NCBI RefSeq assembly: GCF_006345805.1 | Contig: NC_043004.1 | Span: forward strand, 68,076,001 to 68,140,000 | Length of the DNA: 64,000 nt | Source of the DNA: Octopus sinensis | Lineage: Eukaryota | Direction: 5' to 3' | In this document: positions 26,593 to 40,639 of the stretch, one piece after another | How positions within the stretch are numbered: the stretch's first letter is position 1 | Layout of the letters: each line of letters opens with the position of its first letter | Made by a program: the position numbers and the translations under genes | Notes under the pieces: model-generated | Told to the model about the DNA's origin: nothing | Database searches by the model: none | What the model saw: the letters and a program-made list of their open reading frames with translations, nothing else

Positions 26593-28394
26593 TATGTTTG
26601 ACTTTTGCTTTATATTTGTACAAGTTGGCTCCAAGTCTCAGCCAGAGACCTCAAGAGACAACAGGTTGGAAGTTCATTTGTTGTTATGCCTAGTGTGCCA
26701 TATATTTGGGGGGGTGGGGATGTTGTACTAATGAATGTCTAAAAAAAAAAAGTTTTTTTTTTTTTTTTTTTTTAACCGAAAATTATGGTTGTTTTAAACT
26801 GAGGTTACATAGAGAGTATTTTGCGTAGGATATGAGCAGTTCCCATGAGCACTATCTTTGGAACTTCTGCCATTTTGGGTTTCCTGGTATCTGAGTTAGG
26901 TAGCTATCAGCCCCTTTTGCTATCATTACCAGGGCACCCTATGACAACAGGTATGTTTTAGTCTTCAGCTTCCACATTTTGCTGATTTCTATTTTTCAAG
27001 ATCTTTATATTGCTCAGTTTTTGGTAGGTCCTGACAGATACGTTTATATCGATTGGGACAGTCAGATCAATGAGGAGGCATGTTCTTTGTTGAAGTCTTT
27101 CAATATGATGTCTGGCCTATTTGCATCTATCTTCCTGTCAGTTTGAATGGTGAAGTTCCAGAGGAGTGAGATGTGGTCATTTTCAAGCACTGGGGTGTTT
27201 GTGTTCCCACCAGTTTTTTTCATGGGGAAATCCAGGTTTTTACAGATTACCCAGTGAATATATTGTGCAGCTCTATGTGCTGTGTGAGATACTCTGTAGG
27301 CGCTAGAAGACTGCACTTGGAGACCACATGGTCAATGGTTTCATTTTGTTGCTTGCATACACGACACGTTGGACTGCTCTGTGATCTTTAATATGTTGGC
27401 CTGGTAGTTTCTTGTTGGTAGGCATTGATCTTGAGCTGCTATGATAAACCCCTCTGTTTCAGATTTTAAGCCAGAGGCCATTAGCCATTGGGGTCAGGGC
27501 TTTGTCGATATCTGCATTATTCGCTCTCTTTGGGTATTTGCCGTAGAGAGGTTTTCTGCCATTTATTATTCAGAATATCTAAGGCCGCAGTTTTGGCACG
27601 GGTTTTCATGCGCCTAGCTTTTCTGTGCTTGTTTCTTGTACGTTCTATCTCTAATTCGAAATTGGGTTGTATTCGGAATTCACTTAGATATTCCTTTGCC
27701 TGTTTTGTGACTGAGTATGATGCTTTCTTGTTTTCATGTTTTGAGACAAGTTTAACATCCAGTCCTCAGAGTTTTCAGGTAGGTGTCTAGGCCAATTGTA
27801 GCAATCTTCATTGTTATTGCCAGTTGCAAAAGACTACGGCCTCCCTCTTTCTTGCAGATAGAGTCGTTCTGTATCTGCCTTAGGGTGGTGCATTCTATGC
27901 ATTGTCAACAGTTCCTTATTTTTCTGTCGAGCTGACATATTTCAGTAATTGACCAGTTAACAATATTGAAACTGTAAGTCGCGACTGGTATAGCTAATGC
28001 ATTGATTGCTTCGATCCTGTTTCTTGCATTCCGCTCTGTCTTGAGTATTGCTCTCACTCTTCGATAGCATTCTCTCCTGATCCTTTCCTTCATCTCTGAA
28101 TGCCTTATTCCGTTCCCTTCAATTACCCCTAGGTACTTGTAGCTCTCCGCTGGGTCTAGTCTTTTATGACATTCTGTTGTTGTCAAGGTTAACGTTAGAT
28201 GTTTCTGTCATTTTTCCTTTGATAAAGGTAGCCTTTGCACATTTATCGAGGCCGAATTGCATTCTGATGTCGTCACTGAATTGTTTGACTATCGCTAGTA
28301 AGCCCTTGAGTTGTTGATCATTTTTTGCAAAAAGCTTTAAATCATCCATGTAAACGAGATGATTTATATTTTTATCAAACATTTTATACCCGTA
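26590..28394 (-). mobile_element. 5'-truncated, frameshifted R4/Dong-type non-LTR retrotransposon
   Basis: RT segments INHLVYMDDLKLFAK...FGLDKCA and YKYLG; zinc knuckle [15 protein letters not shown]; RLE LLWNFTIQTDRKIDANRPDII. Stop near 26805. Both ends abut (TAA)n. Confidence 0.93.
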
Positions 28395-28445
28395 TTATTA
28401 TTATTATTAATATTACTATTATTATTATTATCATTATTATTATTA

Positions 28446-28497
<52 letters not shown>

Positions 28498-28547
28498 CAT
28501 TATTATTATTATTATCATTATTATTATTATTATTATTATCATCATCA

Positions 28548-28599
<52 letters not shown>

Positions 28600-28620
28600 C
28601 ATTATTATTCTTATTATTAT
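28395..28620. repeat. (TTA)n/(TCA) microsatellite
   Basis: Direct reading. Confidence 0.95.
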
Positions 28621-29276
28621 TTGACGAAAACTCTCAGTTTATTTTGCTTGGTATGAACGAAAGTGTTAACTGCTCCACAGTCAACAGACTAAGGTGACAC
28701 TTTTATTTACTTGTCATGATTCAGGAACCCAGCGAATTATTCATGCAGTTTCAGACAATCCTGGAATTATCTTTACCTTTGTACAAGACTTTTCGAGCCA
28801 TGCTGGTAGCTGAGTGCTGATACATCCAAGTGTGCTACTTACTGTTGCTATCACGTCCACCCTCATCATTGACCACAACTTCGTACTTCCCTCTTCAAAT
28901 CGTCATCATTAATATTATTGCGTGAGAGAGCACCCCTAACCCTCAAAGTGACAATGGGATACAAATATACGAAGCCATTATATGAAGCTCACTACACCCA
29001 TCATAATAACCTGTCTGAGAAAGGTACAGCAGGCACTTGCATCACATCCACAATTTTTTCAGGTCGAGAAGCCCATCTCACTCAAAAGGTCCCCCCAAAT
29101 CCTAAAGAATTCCTCTCAACACATAGCTACGATGCTTCCCCACATCCCATGGTCATGGTCAGAGATGCATGTATCATCAACCACTGAGAAACGCCATCAA
29201 CTGGTTAAGGTCAAGCCATTGACAAGCACATTTGTGGTACTGAGCAGACAATTTGCGCTATCCCATCTTTATACCA

Positions 29277-30065
29277 AGACAAATCATATTCATCTTCCAC
29301 CAGGAAGATACCCAAAAGTTATTAGATCATATGAATTCAATAAAGCGATCCTTACAGTCCCCAATGGAAAAAGAAAAAGGCAATCAGCTAGCTTTCCTGG
29401 ACGTATTAATAACACGCACCAAGTATGAATTCAGGACATCAGTATACCGCAAACTAGCCTTCAGTGGCGGATACCTCAACTTCAATTTCCACCATCCACA
29501 CAGTGTAAGGATGGGGATTGCTCAGTGCCTAAAACATCGACCAAAGAATATAAGTAGCGATCGTGATATCCACCACGAAGAAATGATCAAGCTCAGTAAC
29601 AATCTATTAAACAACAACTACTCACAAAACATACTATCCAATCCAATTATGAAGAAAAGAAATGATGAAACATATAGAGTTCCCACAGTCTGTCTATACT
29701 ATGTGAAAGGTCTCTCCGAAAAGATACGAGAGATATGCGGCCCATGTGCCATCAGGACAGTATTCAAGCCTAATACAACACTTCGCAAATATCTCCTTCG
29801 AGTAAAACCAACAATAGAAGAGAATATAACCAAATACTGTGTGTATTCCATCCCATGCAGTTGTGGTAGATTATAGAAAGGCGAAACATGCCGCCCCTTC
29901 AAAATAAGAGTAGACGAACATCGGAAAGCTGTGACACGAGGAGATAATGATAAATCGGGTATAGCTGATCATGTATGGAAAAATGGGGACCACCTGCCCC
30001 TGTGGATGAAGTGAAAATAATAGATAGAGAATACTACTAGAAAATACGAAAACTAAAAGAAGCAG
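29277..30065 (+). mobile_element. Penelope-like element fragment (RT C-terminal half plus GIY-YIG; Penelope/Poseidon-like)
   Basis: LAFLDVLI...TSVYRK..SGGYLNFNFHHP (PLE RT/thumb); CVYSIPCSCGRL*KGETCRPFKIRVDEHRKA...SGIADHVW (GIY-YIG with a premature stop). Confidence 0.88.
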
Positions 30066-30109
30066 TGTGTGTGTGTGTGTGTGTGTTTGCATGTGTGTGT
30101 GCGTATATT

Positions 30110-30487
30110 TACCTTTTATTTTTTACTTGTTTCAATCAGTTGACTGCTGCCATGCTGAGGAACTGCCTTGAAGGACGCTCATCGAAGGAATCTTCTCCCG
30201 GACTTACTTCTTGTGAAATCATAGCAATGTGCTCTCGGCCTCTTCGTCTGAACCGTTCCGTTACGTAGCCACGAGCACCGGTGGTGAAGCAGTGCAAACC
30301 ATACACAATGACATAAACACCTTGATATATAGGCACATATATATAAATATACGGCGGGATTCTTTCACCTTTCTGTCCACCTAATCCTCTCACAAAAATT
30401 TAGTCGACTCAAGGTTATCGTAGACGACACATGCCCATGTCGCTACCATGTGAGACGCAACCCGAAAACATGAGGTTGGGAAGCATT
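30110..30487 (-). mobile_element. Family-B SINE, decayed
   Basis: ttttacttgtttcaatcagttgactgctgccatgctg (tail) ... tagacgacacatgccca...cccgaaaacatgaggttgggaagc (head). Confidence 0.7.
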
Positions 30488-30506
30488 ATATATATATATA
30501 TTTATA

Positions 30507-30563
<57 letters not shown>

Positions 30564-30707
30564 TATATATATATATATATATTATATATATATATATATA
30601 TACATACATATATATATATATATACATACATATATATATAATATATATATATAGTATACATACATAATATATATATACATATATATATATAAATATGTGT
30701 TGGGGGG

Positions 30708-30852
30708 GGAATACAATGGCCCAGTGGTTAGGGCAGCAGACTCGCGGTTGTAGGATCACGGTTTCAATTCCCAGACCGGGCATTGTGAGTGTTTATTGAA
30801 CAAAAACACCTAAAGATCCATGAGGCTCCCTGCTGTACTCTTTCGCCACAAT
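30708..30852 (+). mobile_element. Family-C tRNA-derived SINE, 5' part
   Basis: tggcccagtggttagggcagcagactcgcgg...ggtttcaattcccagaccggg...aacacctaaagatccatgaggctcc matches the 36602 copy. Confidence 0.75.
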
Positions 30853-30899
30853 ATAAATATATATATGTATGTATGTATGTATATACATATACATATATA

Positions 30900-30965
30900 A
30901 TACAGTTCTATATTTGACAAATGAGGAATTATGTACACTATTTACATTATTTGCAGTTGACGATA
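30900..30965 (-). mobile_element. End of the same terminal repeat as 54890-55075, cut by the gap
   Basis: The segment tacagttctat...atgaggaattatgtaca.tattt is shared with 54892-54945. Confidence 0.7.
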
Positions 30966-31065
30966 NNNNNNNNNNNNNNNNNNNNNNNNNNNNNNNNNNN
31001 NNNNNNNNNNNNNNNNNNNNNNNNNNNNNNNNNNNNNNNNNNNNNNNNNNNNNNNNNNNNNNNNN
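30966..31065. other. Assembly gap (100 N; true size unknown)
   Basis: Run of 100 n. Confidence 0.99.
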
Positions 31066-31569
31066 AGTATTCATATTAGCCATGTCAGTACTGAATAAGT
31101 TGTTTTGAATGACACAGTTTCGCTTTTGTGATCTAATGCTATAGCAACCCTAATGAACTGGAAAATCGTTCCAGCTTGTATAACTCCTACGCTACGTTAC
31201 TTTCATCGCGATTTTACGTGCGGAAGTACCCACTACAATTGTTTTAATCTATATGGATAGATCAAGAAGTGTATCATAGAATCGTAATACTGCATACACA
31301 TACATACACAAGCACTTATGTGTATGATGTTCTCTACTTCCATATTCATTCTAATATTCCTTTTCTGGTTTACAAAAATTTTTTCAAATGTCTGGTAAAT
31401 TTTAGCAATATTTATAATTAAGTCATCATTGTAAATCAATAGAAGTCTTGTTACTGATAACTTTATGTGTACATACATAGATACAAAGTAGTTACCATTA
31501 TTGCAAGTGAGGGAAGATTTTATCTATATCAAATGTATTTACAATCGTCTTCGAATGTACGCGTTCACG

Positions 31570-31601
<32 letters not shown>

Positions 31602-31679
31602 CTATATTTATATATATATAGGTATATATATAGATATACATATATGTATGTATATATATATATGCGTCTGTGGTGTGTG

Positions 31680-32005
31680 TACAGAGTGATTCAAATTCGC
31701 CATACTAGGAACAATTAATTTTTTTATAAGAAATAGTTTATAAGAAAAGTTTTTTTTATTGAACAGGCATTATATGGTTACCATTGTTTTGAATACACAT
31801 TGCAATACGTTTACCCCACTCAGTGTGAACTCGTAATAACACATCTTGTGATACGTGTGCAAAGGAGTTGGTGATGCGTTCCTTCAAATAATTTTTAAAA
31901 GTTCCTTTTATTTTTCTGCGATATACCAAGCCTTTCATATGCCCCCAAATATAGAAATCAAGAAGGATCAGATCAGGGAATCTAGGGGATCTTATAAACC
32001 GCTAC
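31680..32005 (-). mobile_element. Tc1/mariner-superfamily remnant (transposase C-terminus plus TIR)
   Basis: PRFPDLILLDFYIWGHMKGLVY...LKERIT...RIAMCIQNNGNH resembles the SPDLxPxDFFLWG motif; terminus TA|CAGAGTGATTCAAA at 31680. Confidence 0.75.
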
Positions 32006-32109
32006 TTATAAAATAATCAATTTTTCCTATGTATAGAGACTTTTGAATATATATATATATATATATAGACAGAGAGAGAGTGTGTGTGTGTGTGAGCGAG
32101 GGGAGAGAG

Positions 32110-32270
32110 AGAAGAAGAAGACGAGGAAGAAGAAGAAGAAGAAGAAGAAGAAGAAGAAAAAGAAGAAGAAGAAGAAGAAACAGAAGAAGAAGAAGAAGAA
32201 GAAGAAGAAGAAGAAGAAGAAGAAGAAGAAGAAGAAGAAGAAGAAGAAGAGAAGAAGAAGAAGAAGAAGA
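32110..32270. repeat. (GAA)n microsatellite
   Basis: Direct reading. Confidence 0.97.
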
Positions 32271-32697
32271 CGAATTATGTTTATAATTATGAACAATTCA
32301 TAGTTATAACTAGAATGGTTTCAAAAACCTTTACATGTTCAGAAATAGCAGTCAAAAGCCACTAACAAGTCACTATTATCACTCATATTATATCTCCTTA
32401 CAATAGCTGCTGTCTGCGGATGACATGACCTATAAAATCCACAAATTAAAATAAATTCTCTATTATAATTTCCACGTTAGGATTAAGGGTTCCATTCGTC
32501 TTTTCAGGAGAATATTCCTAGAGATAGAAATTGATACAATACCTTACTTTGGCAAGAATAGACACAGCGAGGTCACTCAGCACACTGACTCATGAAGTTC
32601 ATTGTTAACTCTCACTACGCATCTGTTGGTGTGCTACAGGACTACTTCGGGAGGTTTTGACACCACCTCGTTTATATATATATATATATCTATATAT

Positions 32698-32728
<31 letters not shown>

Positions 32729-32749
32729 ATATATATATATATATAATAA

Positions 32750-34472
32750 ATTAAAAAAGGAAAATGCGCACACGTACATAGCTTTAATATAATTTTTAGT
32801 ATATCGACCGGTTTCGCTATCGCTATTCATGATATTATGTTTTCCTTATCTGAATATATATATTTTCTTAAGACGAAATTTGGTCCATGTTGTTTGTGAT
32901 GAAATTCACGAGTGAATGACTTCACAAGTAGATAAATAAAGGGAAGTAATTGGTTGTTATTATTGTTATTGTGTGTAAGGGAGATAACTGTTCAGCTTTT
33001 GGTAATGGGTGGGGATTAAATATGTGTACAAAACAGAGACAGGTTTTAAAAACCTTGTTTAGTCGGGGATTGATGTACAGTGATGTAATCATGAATTGAA
33101 ATATGTAAAAATATAAAAGTTGGTTATGCGTGCATATTAAGACGAGTTTTGTATTTGTCAATGAAAAAAGTTCTTTATGTAAACGTTCTACTTGACATTG
33201 CGTATTTGCACTGGTTGAAAGGGAAGACTGAAATTTGGTTTGATGTTACCTGCACATTTTTCGATATGTTCACTCAGAGGAATTTGTCTGTATAGCGGGA
33301 AACGGATTTGCACCTTATGTAGAGTGATTCTCTTTCTCAAGCTCATACTCGTTTGTCTAATGTACTGATGACCGCAACCCGAGCAGGTTATTACATAAAT
33401 TAGGTTCTCAGAGGTACAGGTGAAACTAGTTTTAATTGTGAACCTCCGTCCTTATTTGAAAAGGAAATCCGAGCCTTCAAGCAGGTTGGGGTATGTTCCA
33501 CAGTTTGGGCGTCCACATTTTTCAACCGTTGGTTTCGTGGTTGTTTTGTAAAGCTTTGCGTGTGTTAGTAGTCTCGTTAGCGATTTCTCGTTTTTTGCAT
33601 TTGATGAGTTTGCGTGTTTTCAGGGTGTCGTTTATTTTTAGATCTCTAGTTAGTAAAGGGAGAGTTTGCACAATAGGGTTGAATGCCTCACTATTTTTGG
33701 GGTTGTGTGTTGATATAAAAAGTAATGTTTTTGTTTGCGGTGTGGTGCTCTGTGTTTTTGTTCTTAGTGTTTTTGTGTCTAATTGTTTGGCACGCTTAAT
33801 TCCCTCGTCGATAAGCGAGGGTGGATATTGTCTTTCAATAAGTGTTATTTTGAGGTCTTGAAGACGAAGGTCCCGAGTTGTTCTATCAGATACTATTGTG
33901 CAGATCCTTTTTGTTAAGTTAAAAGGGATGTTTATTGTTATGTGTTTCGAGTGGCATGAGTTAAAAAGAAGATATGGTTTTGAATCGGTTGGTTTATAAT
34001 AAATGTCAGTTATGATTTCATTGTTAACTTTTTTATCATGATGCCTAAAAATGGAAGTTGTTCTTTGTTATATTCTATTGTGAATTGAATGTTACTATTT
34101 ATGGTCGTTTAGTGTTGTTTTGAAATCCAAACGTTTGTCGATGTTCTCCTTCCAGATGATAAAACAGTCATCCAGGTATCGCTTCCAATTTTCTGTTATG
34201 TAGAGGTAAAATGGGTAACCATATTTCTGAAGTGATACTTCATATAAGGTGAATTCAAAATAACCCATTATTAGGTTCGCAAGAACAGGAGCTGCTTTCG
34301 TCCCCATCGCAATTCCGCATTTCAGACGATAGTATGTGTCATCAAATAGGAAATAATTGTTCTGAAGTATAAATTTTAAGGATTCAATAATAAAGATCTG
34401 GTTTATGCGTTCCGGGAGGACTTCGGAGTACTTTTTCAACCAGAATTTAATTGCTTTTATTCCATAGTCATA
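32750..34472 (-). mobile_element. 5'-truncated Penelope-like element (RT, GIY-YIG and terminal repeat)
   Basis: RT NNYFLFDDTYY...GIAMGTKAAPVLANLIMG...WKRYLDDCFIIW; GIY-YIG NLIYVITCSGCGHQYIRQT...RITLHK at about 33305-33412. Frameshifted. (TA)n at both ends. Confidence 0.92.
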
Positions 34473-35207
34473 TATATATATACTGAAGATAATTTGTACA
34501 TTTTTGTATTTTTGTTCATGCTCGTACACGTTAAATTAATAAAGTCACACAATTATAAAACAGCAGGAGTCAGTAGTAAACCAAGGACGAAATGTTTCTT
34601 GCCATATTTATTGAAATGCCTTTGCTTCCGTTTATGTTGCTTTTACAGAGCCGTAATTCTGTTTACCTAGCTTTTAGTTTCACTTTCATTTTTAATGAGA
34701 AAAACGTTAAATGTATCGTAAACTAAATCTGTTGTTTCAATGACACTGTATTTTTAGATTAACAGTTGAGGATAATCCAAAACGAAATTAAATACGACCA
34801 AGTATTTTATCAACACCGTTTCTAAGCTCTGAGATATTTGAGTTAAGCCTTGACAAGGCCTCCATCTCCATACCAATAGAATATTAAACAATATTCCTTG
34901 AGGAATTAGTAAACGTGCGATATGTTATTCCATATTAGAATATGGAAAGAATGACTAATATTTCCCAACGATCCATAATATGGTTAATCTGTGAAATATT
35001 GTTTTTTATGTTGAGCTAGAATAGTACAAATCTGCGTGGCATTAGCCGGCATTTAAATAATCTGATAAGAGTACTAAAATAACATAAGTACTCTCAGTAT
35101 TGCGTGTATAATTAACAGCCTGAAATCTAAGTTTATGTAATATTTGAACTAAGATTTGATTAAAACAAAGACCATTGGTATCAATTATTAAAAAGTTAAT
35201 CTAAAGC

Positions 35208-35704
35208 ATAGGGTGTCCCACCCCACCAAAAAAACGTTATTTCAGAGTCTAATAACATAGCCAATTCTTTCACAAATCATCTCCAATTTTAGCAAAGTGT
35301 GTAAAATGTAAGTTTGAGTCGGACATGACAGTGATAATGACAATGTGTGATTGAAATAGCCAGCACATTCTCCTAACTTGACACGTTGTGATTTCCTCTT
35401 TGGAGCTATGTGAAAAGTCTGGTCTGTATTCCACCTCTTCTTTCAAGCCTAGAGGAAGTCCAGAAGTGAATCACTGAGGAACTGAACTACAATACAATAA
35501 CTGGTATTTATAGTGTCGCAGGCGGTGCGCATATTTTGAAGCTTTGTGGAATTTATTTTGAAATTTCCATCACTCTGAATCTTTTGCTCGAATTTCGAAT
35601 CTTTTATTGCTCAAGGTGAAACCAATTTAATTTCGTTTGCCTAGGCTATGCATTTACTCAGATATTCAAATTTCAAATGACGTCAATTTTGGGGTCACTC
35701 TCTA
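35208..35704 (+). mobile_element. Tc1/mariner-superfamily deletion derivative
   Basis: HSPNLTRCDFL-(W)SYVKSLVCIPPL transposase remnant at about 35364-35475; imperfect TIR-like ends tagggtgtccca / ggggtcactctcta. Confidence 0.6.
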
Positions 35705-36601
35705 CTTTGGTCACCCACTAAGAACACAATGTACGAAGAAAATTATAAATGACAAGCATTTGAGACGAAGTTCCTAGAAAAATCTTGTTTTATAACATCC
35801 AAGCTTGGACTAAACTACAATATTGTGAATGCGTAGGAATGGAAAAAATGTAGATCATTGATTTTCAACCTGGTAAGAATGAATTGAATCCTTGTACATT
35901 CTTAAGATATACTGTATTAGAAAATCAACATATAGAGATGAGGAACTATGAGAATGTTATATTATGAGAGGCATCGCATAAACATTTTATAGAGTAGCTG
36001 CGGAATGAGTTATTGTAAAGATCTGAAATTTATTCTTTACTATTACCTACCAAGGATATTGAATCAGGAGAGTATAATATTTCAGTTAATATATTATCCT
36101 CATGAGTTTCTTTCTTTTTCTTCTTGATGTATTACGTTTTAGCTTCTAAAACGTTTAAGATATATTGTGTTGGGTATTCTACATCAGGCAAACGAACACA
36201 TACTATATGTATATAATACGTACCTTATTGCAAGAGAGAAAGAAAGGGGAGAGAGCGATAGAGAGATAGACTGTGTGTGTGTGTGGAGAGAGAAAGGAGA
36301 AAATAACAAGAAATACATCAGTGAAGAGCTATTTATGAGGATTGTCGTATCAATTCTTTTTCACCGATTTAAAAATTCATTAAACTATGAAAATAAATAT
36401 TTATTGTAGAGGGACACCATCGAAACCATATAACTATAGCACGAAAATTGATGTATGAGGGCATAATGTGCTCTGTCCACATCCAGGAAAGGTGAGCAGA
36501 TTCAATAAGTTATAGGATAATTTATTTGCTATCGCATGTGTGCAAGATCACAGGACGAAGTAATATAAGGATCTTGGCTACAGTCACTGAAAGAAATGTT
36601 T

Positions 36602-36900
36602 GTGGAAGCACATGGCCTAGTGGTTAGAGCAGCGGACTGGCGGTCGAGGGATCGTGGGTTCGAATCTCAGACCGGGCGATGTGTGTGTTTATGAGCGTAA
36701 CACCTAAGATCCACGCGGCTCCGGCAGAAAGTAATGGCGAACTTCTGCTGATCTTTCGCCACAAATTCCTCTCACTCTTCCTTTTGCATCTGGTAACGCA
36801 CCTGCGACGGACCGGCGTCCCGTCCAGGTGGGAAACCTATACGCCAAGGAAAACGGGTAACCGGCCCTGATGAGCCAGGCGTGGCTCGAGAAGGAACAAA
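36602..36900 (+). mobile_element. Family-C tRNA-derived SINE, full length
   Basis: A box tggcctagtggttaga, B box gggttcgaatctc, body, and a 3' tail cccgtccaggtgg...ggaaaacgggtaaccggccctgatgagcc resembling RTE-type LINE tails. Confidence 0.82.
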
Positions 36901-39344
36901 GAAATGTTTTACGAAATGGCATTTTGTGTCCAGGTAGAAGCGCTCCTCACACAACTTCTGAGGACTGAATAGAAAATAAAACATCTGTTCGTCACCTCAA
37001 ACGTAAGAGATGTATACATAGCATTTTTTAAAAAGAAAAATTGGATCCTTTTGCGCATTAGATAGTTTGTTAATAGATGGCTGTTATCATTATTGGTGGA
37101 AAAAGGTAGAAGACTCCTTGTGTATCAAATTGTTGTATCCTGTAATATCTGTCATAAACTGTTGCAATTCTAAGGATAGTAAATTAATTGAACGTTTTTA
37201 GATGTATTACTCACGAATATAGAAGGCTTAGTGCGGGTGTTCAGTTGATCAAACTATTCGATAAACATGGTCGGGAATTCTGGCTTCGATCTCCTTTCTC
37301 TCGGATATATGCAAATTTTTAGAAGAACGACTCTTATTGTTTACATACGATGATACGAAGCCATGGAATGTAATTAGCCGTGCTGATTATTTTCAAAATT
37401 TTCAGAAACGCTTTAATGTATATAAGTCGATCGATATAACATTGCAGCGTAGATACACAGGTCCAGGAGTTACTGCATTCTTAGAATCATGATCTTTGTA
37501 AATATTGCAATGAAAATATATGCTTCATTTCACGTACATATTGCAATAACGCCAATGGCTAACACGATTGACATGTTCTACGATGAGAACATGGAAAACA
37601 CAATAATAAAGTAACTCTTTCATGTTGTGGAAGTGGATTAAATGCCCCTAGCCATATTTCCTAATGAGTAGCAAACAATTCGACTGTCATACACCAAACA
37701 AATCATTGTTGCAAGCAACAGATGAACACTGCACCGTACGCAATAGGGAGAAAATGGAAAGACATTCAGAAATTTATGAGTAAATATTTAAGGATACATT
37801 TCCAAAACCTTTCACTTTTAGTTTGGAGCTAAAGATTCCGGCGTTCGAACTTCCAACAATTGCTAGACATCCCTAGAAATATAAATTATCGACATAATGT
37901 AAATTCGAAATATCAAATTCACTTCAACGGATCCCCGGCTGAGCAGCATTACAACCAGAGCCGCACTTGAACACACAGGAATTTTCATCCTCTATCTCCA
38001 GCGAAACAACCTGTTATCGTTTTCGGGTCTAGCCACAAAGTTATTTTGGATATGGCATACCCCGTTCAGTTTGACACTATATAATTTTTTAATGTAATTT
38101 ATATCTACCTCTGTATGTGTGTATATATGTTTATCGTTGTTATATTTGTAGTCTATTTTTTTGCTATATATAAATATTAAAAATAGTAACAGCTGAGTTA
38201 TAAACACAGTAGGCTTGTTACATTTCTTCAGTTTCATCATTCATCATATGTCATTTATCATTTACGTATTTCTATTGATTTGATTGTCTCAAATTTACTA
38301 AATACTGTAACAACACAATGCATAATACAGCTCTGAGATGTTAATTTACTTACTGAAAGGCAATATTCCACTTTTTCGATACTCGGAGAGTCCCATATAT
38401 CAAACCGCATCCATAGATGTATGTGTTGCAAAATATTCCGGGTGTCTCTTCATTTGCATTTTCAAATCAGCCAGAAGCAAATCGATTGTGGAAATTCCCA
38501 GCGCAATGTTGTTAAAACTTTATTATTTGCAACACTAAAATTATAACAACATGGATGAAAGTGACCCAACATCACCTAAGCCTGGCAGTAAATTACTGGA
38601 GAAATTTCAGGGTATTCATAATTTTGATGCTGCATAGAGGCAGAATTATAGCTATGCGTTAATTCTACAAATAGTAATGGTGAGTATAATAAAGAAAATT
38701 ATTTTGGCTTTAATTACAATTCTGAGGATATAGAAGAGAGCAAACTGAGACATTTGCTATATGTAAATGGAACTTGTCATTATTTATGAAATTTGTCTTA
38801 ATAATCTCTGTCATTTTTGCCACAGAATCCATCAAAATTTCCTTTGATTAAATTAATATAATTATTGCTGCCGACACCTGGGGAAATTAAACTTATAATT
38901 ATTAATGGAAATATAGCCAAGACTATATTTTCTTTTTCGGAACTCAGCATTCAAATTGACATTTAAATAAGGAAGGTATATTTCATAGCAAAAAGAAACA
39001 AAAAATTCACACAGCTATGATAAATATCTTTCGGTCAAGTAAATGCCACGATAATAACTGCTAACACAGATATCAGTTTTAAAATATCTCGTTGACAATC
39101 AGTATTAAAATATCTTACTGACATTCAATATATTTCCCTCCCATGTGTATACGCTGTTAATCAAAATAACAGTTTAGACATCTTCAGTGTAATTTATTAT
39201 GATGTTTTAGCACATAAGACATGTAAGGAAGTTGTCTTCCTAATATGGAATATATATACATATACACATATATGCATGCATATATGTATATATATATATA
39301 TACACACACACATATATATACATACATATGTACATATACTTATG

Positions 39345-39426
<82 letters not shown>

Positions 39427-40639
39427 CATGCTATATATATGCACATCTATACATGTATATATGTGCGTGTATGTACAATTTTGAGGACTGTCTGCATACA
39501 TATACCTGTGTGTTTGTGCTTGTGATTTTGTGTGTGTTTGTGTGTAAGTGTGTGTGTGTGTGTGTGTGTTGTGTGTGTGATCGTTGCAACTCAACTTCGA
39601 GTTACTGAAAGCACTACATGGCTGTTTAGGTCTACTAAGGACCTACAGCGCTTAGCAAATAAGTGACAACGTTGAGCGCTTATTCCAGTGGGTATTCAGA
39701 GAATTACAATCCATGTTAAAACATTAAATTCTGGAATTTTCCATTGAATATCTTACTGGTTTTGACTACATTTAACTCTCTCATGAAGCACATTATAGAA
39801 ATGCCACATGTAAAGAGATGACTGTGTTTGAAGCTTTTTTTACAACAAGGAAAGGACTTGCATGATGTCAACTCCACTGTAAAAAGTCCCTGCAGTTGCC
39901 TCAAAATAAGGTGGCTACTTCGTGGTTGTTATATCAGAGTTGTCCTTCTCCTGGTGAGATCCATAAAACCTCCCACTTCCAGCTGATGGATGGCGATTAG
40001 CTTCATTGAGTTCACGTGCTCTTTGACAAGTTTTGTTTTCATCTTGCTTGGTGTCCAGTGAAAATCATTGTCCGTACCAATCAAGATTGTAAATTTGTGC
40101 TCTTTAGTCGCAGATGGCCTAACCGTGCATACAAAGTAATTTATTTTTAAAGGTGGGTTTTGAAGTATTTAAAGTTATAAATAGTAGCGTGTAAAACATT
40201 GGGTTAAAAGAACCTTTACATTAAATAAAGTCAATGGCTACCGGTAAAACTAGAACCGACATTTCTGTAAATATGATAGACGTTCTGACCATAATACCAA
40301 AGAAATTCTTGGAGGTTTATCCATCCATATTAGAAGCTTTATTCTCCCCAAAGGTGTTTATATTGTTCAGACTTTATAAAGTTCGAGCCTTATTGGCTTT
40401 GAGAACTCAAAGTAGATAAAGTTATAAATATTAGTGTGTAACGTATCCGCTAAAAATATGATGCTGTGGGTGAGAAAATTTTGAAATCTGAAAGTAGGAC
40501 TCGCCCTCATCTTTTGTAAGTACGTCAGACATTCTAACCATGAAAGAACAGTTTTCATAAGGGAACACTTAGCATTTTCTCCTACCATTCTCGAAGTTTT
40601 GATCTTGCCAGCAAGAATTATATGAGAACTACCTTATGA

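Noticed and set aside
28920-29276. ORFs upstream of the Penelope fragment
   Set aside because: No RT motifs; looks like a separate unclassified repeat rather than part of the PLE ORF.
36855-36895. CTGATGA followed by the hairpin GCCA(ggcg)TGGC in the family-C SINE tail
   Set aside because: Followed by TCGAGAA rather than GAAA, with no stem I or III, so not a hammerhead.
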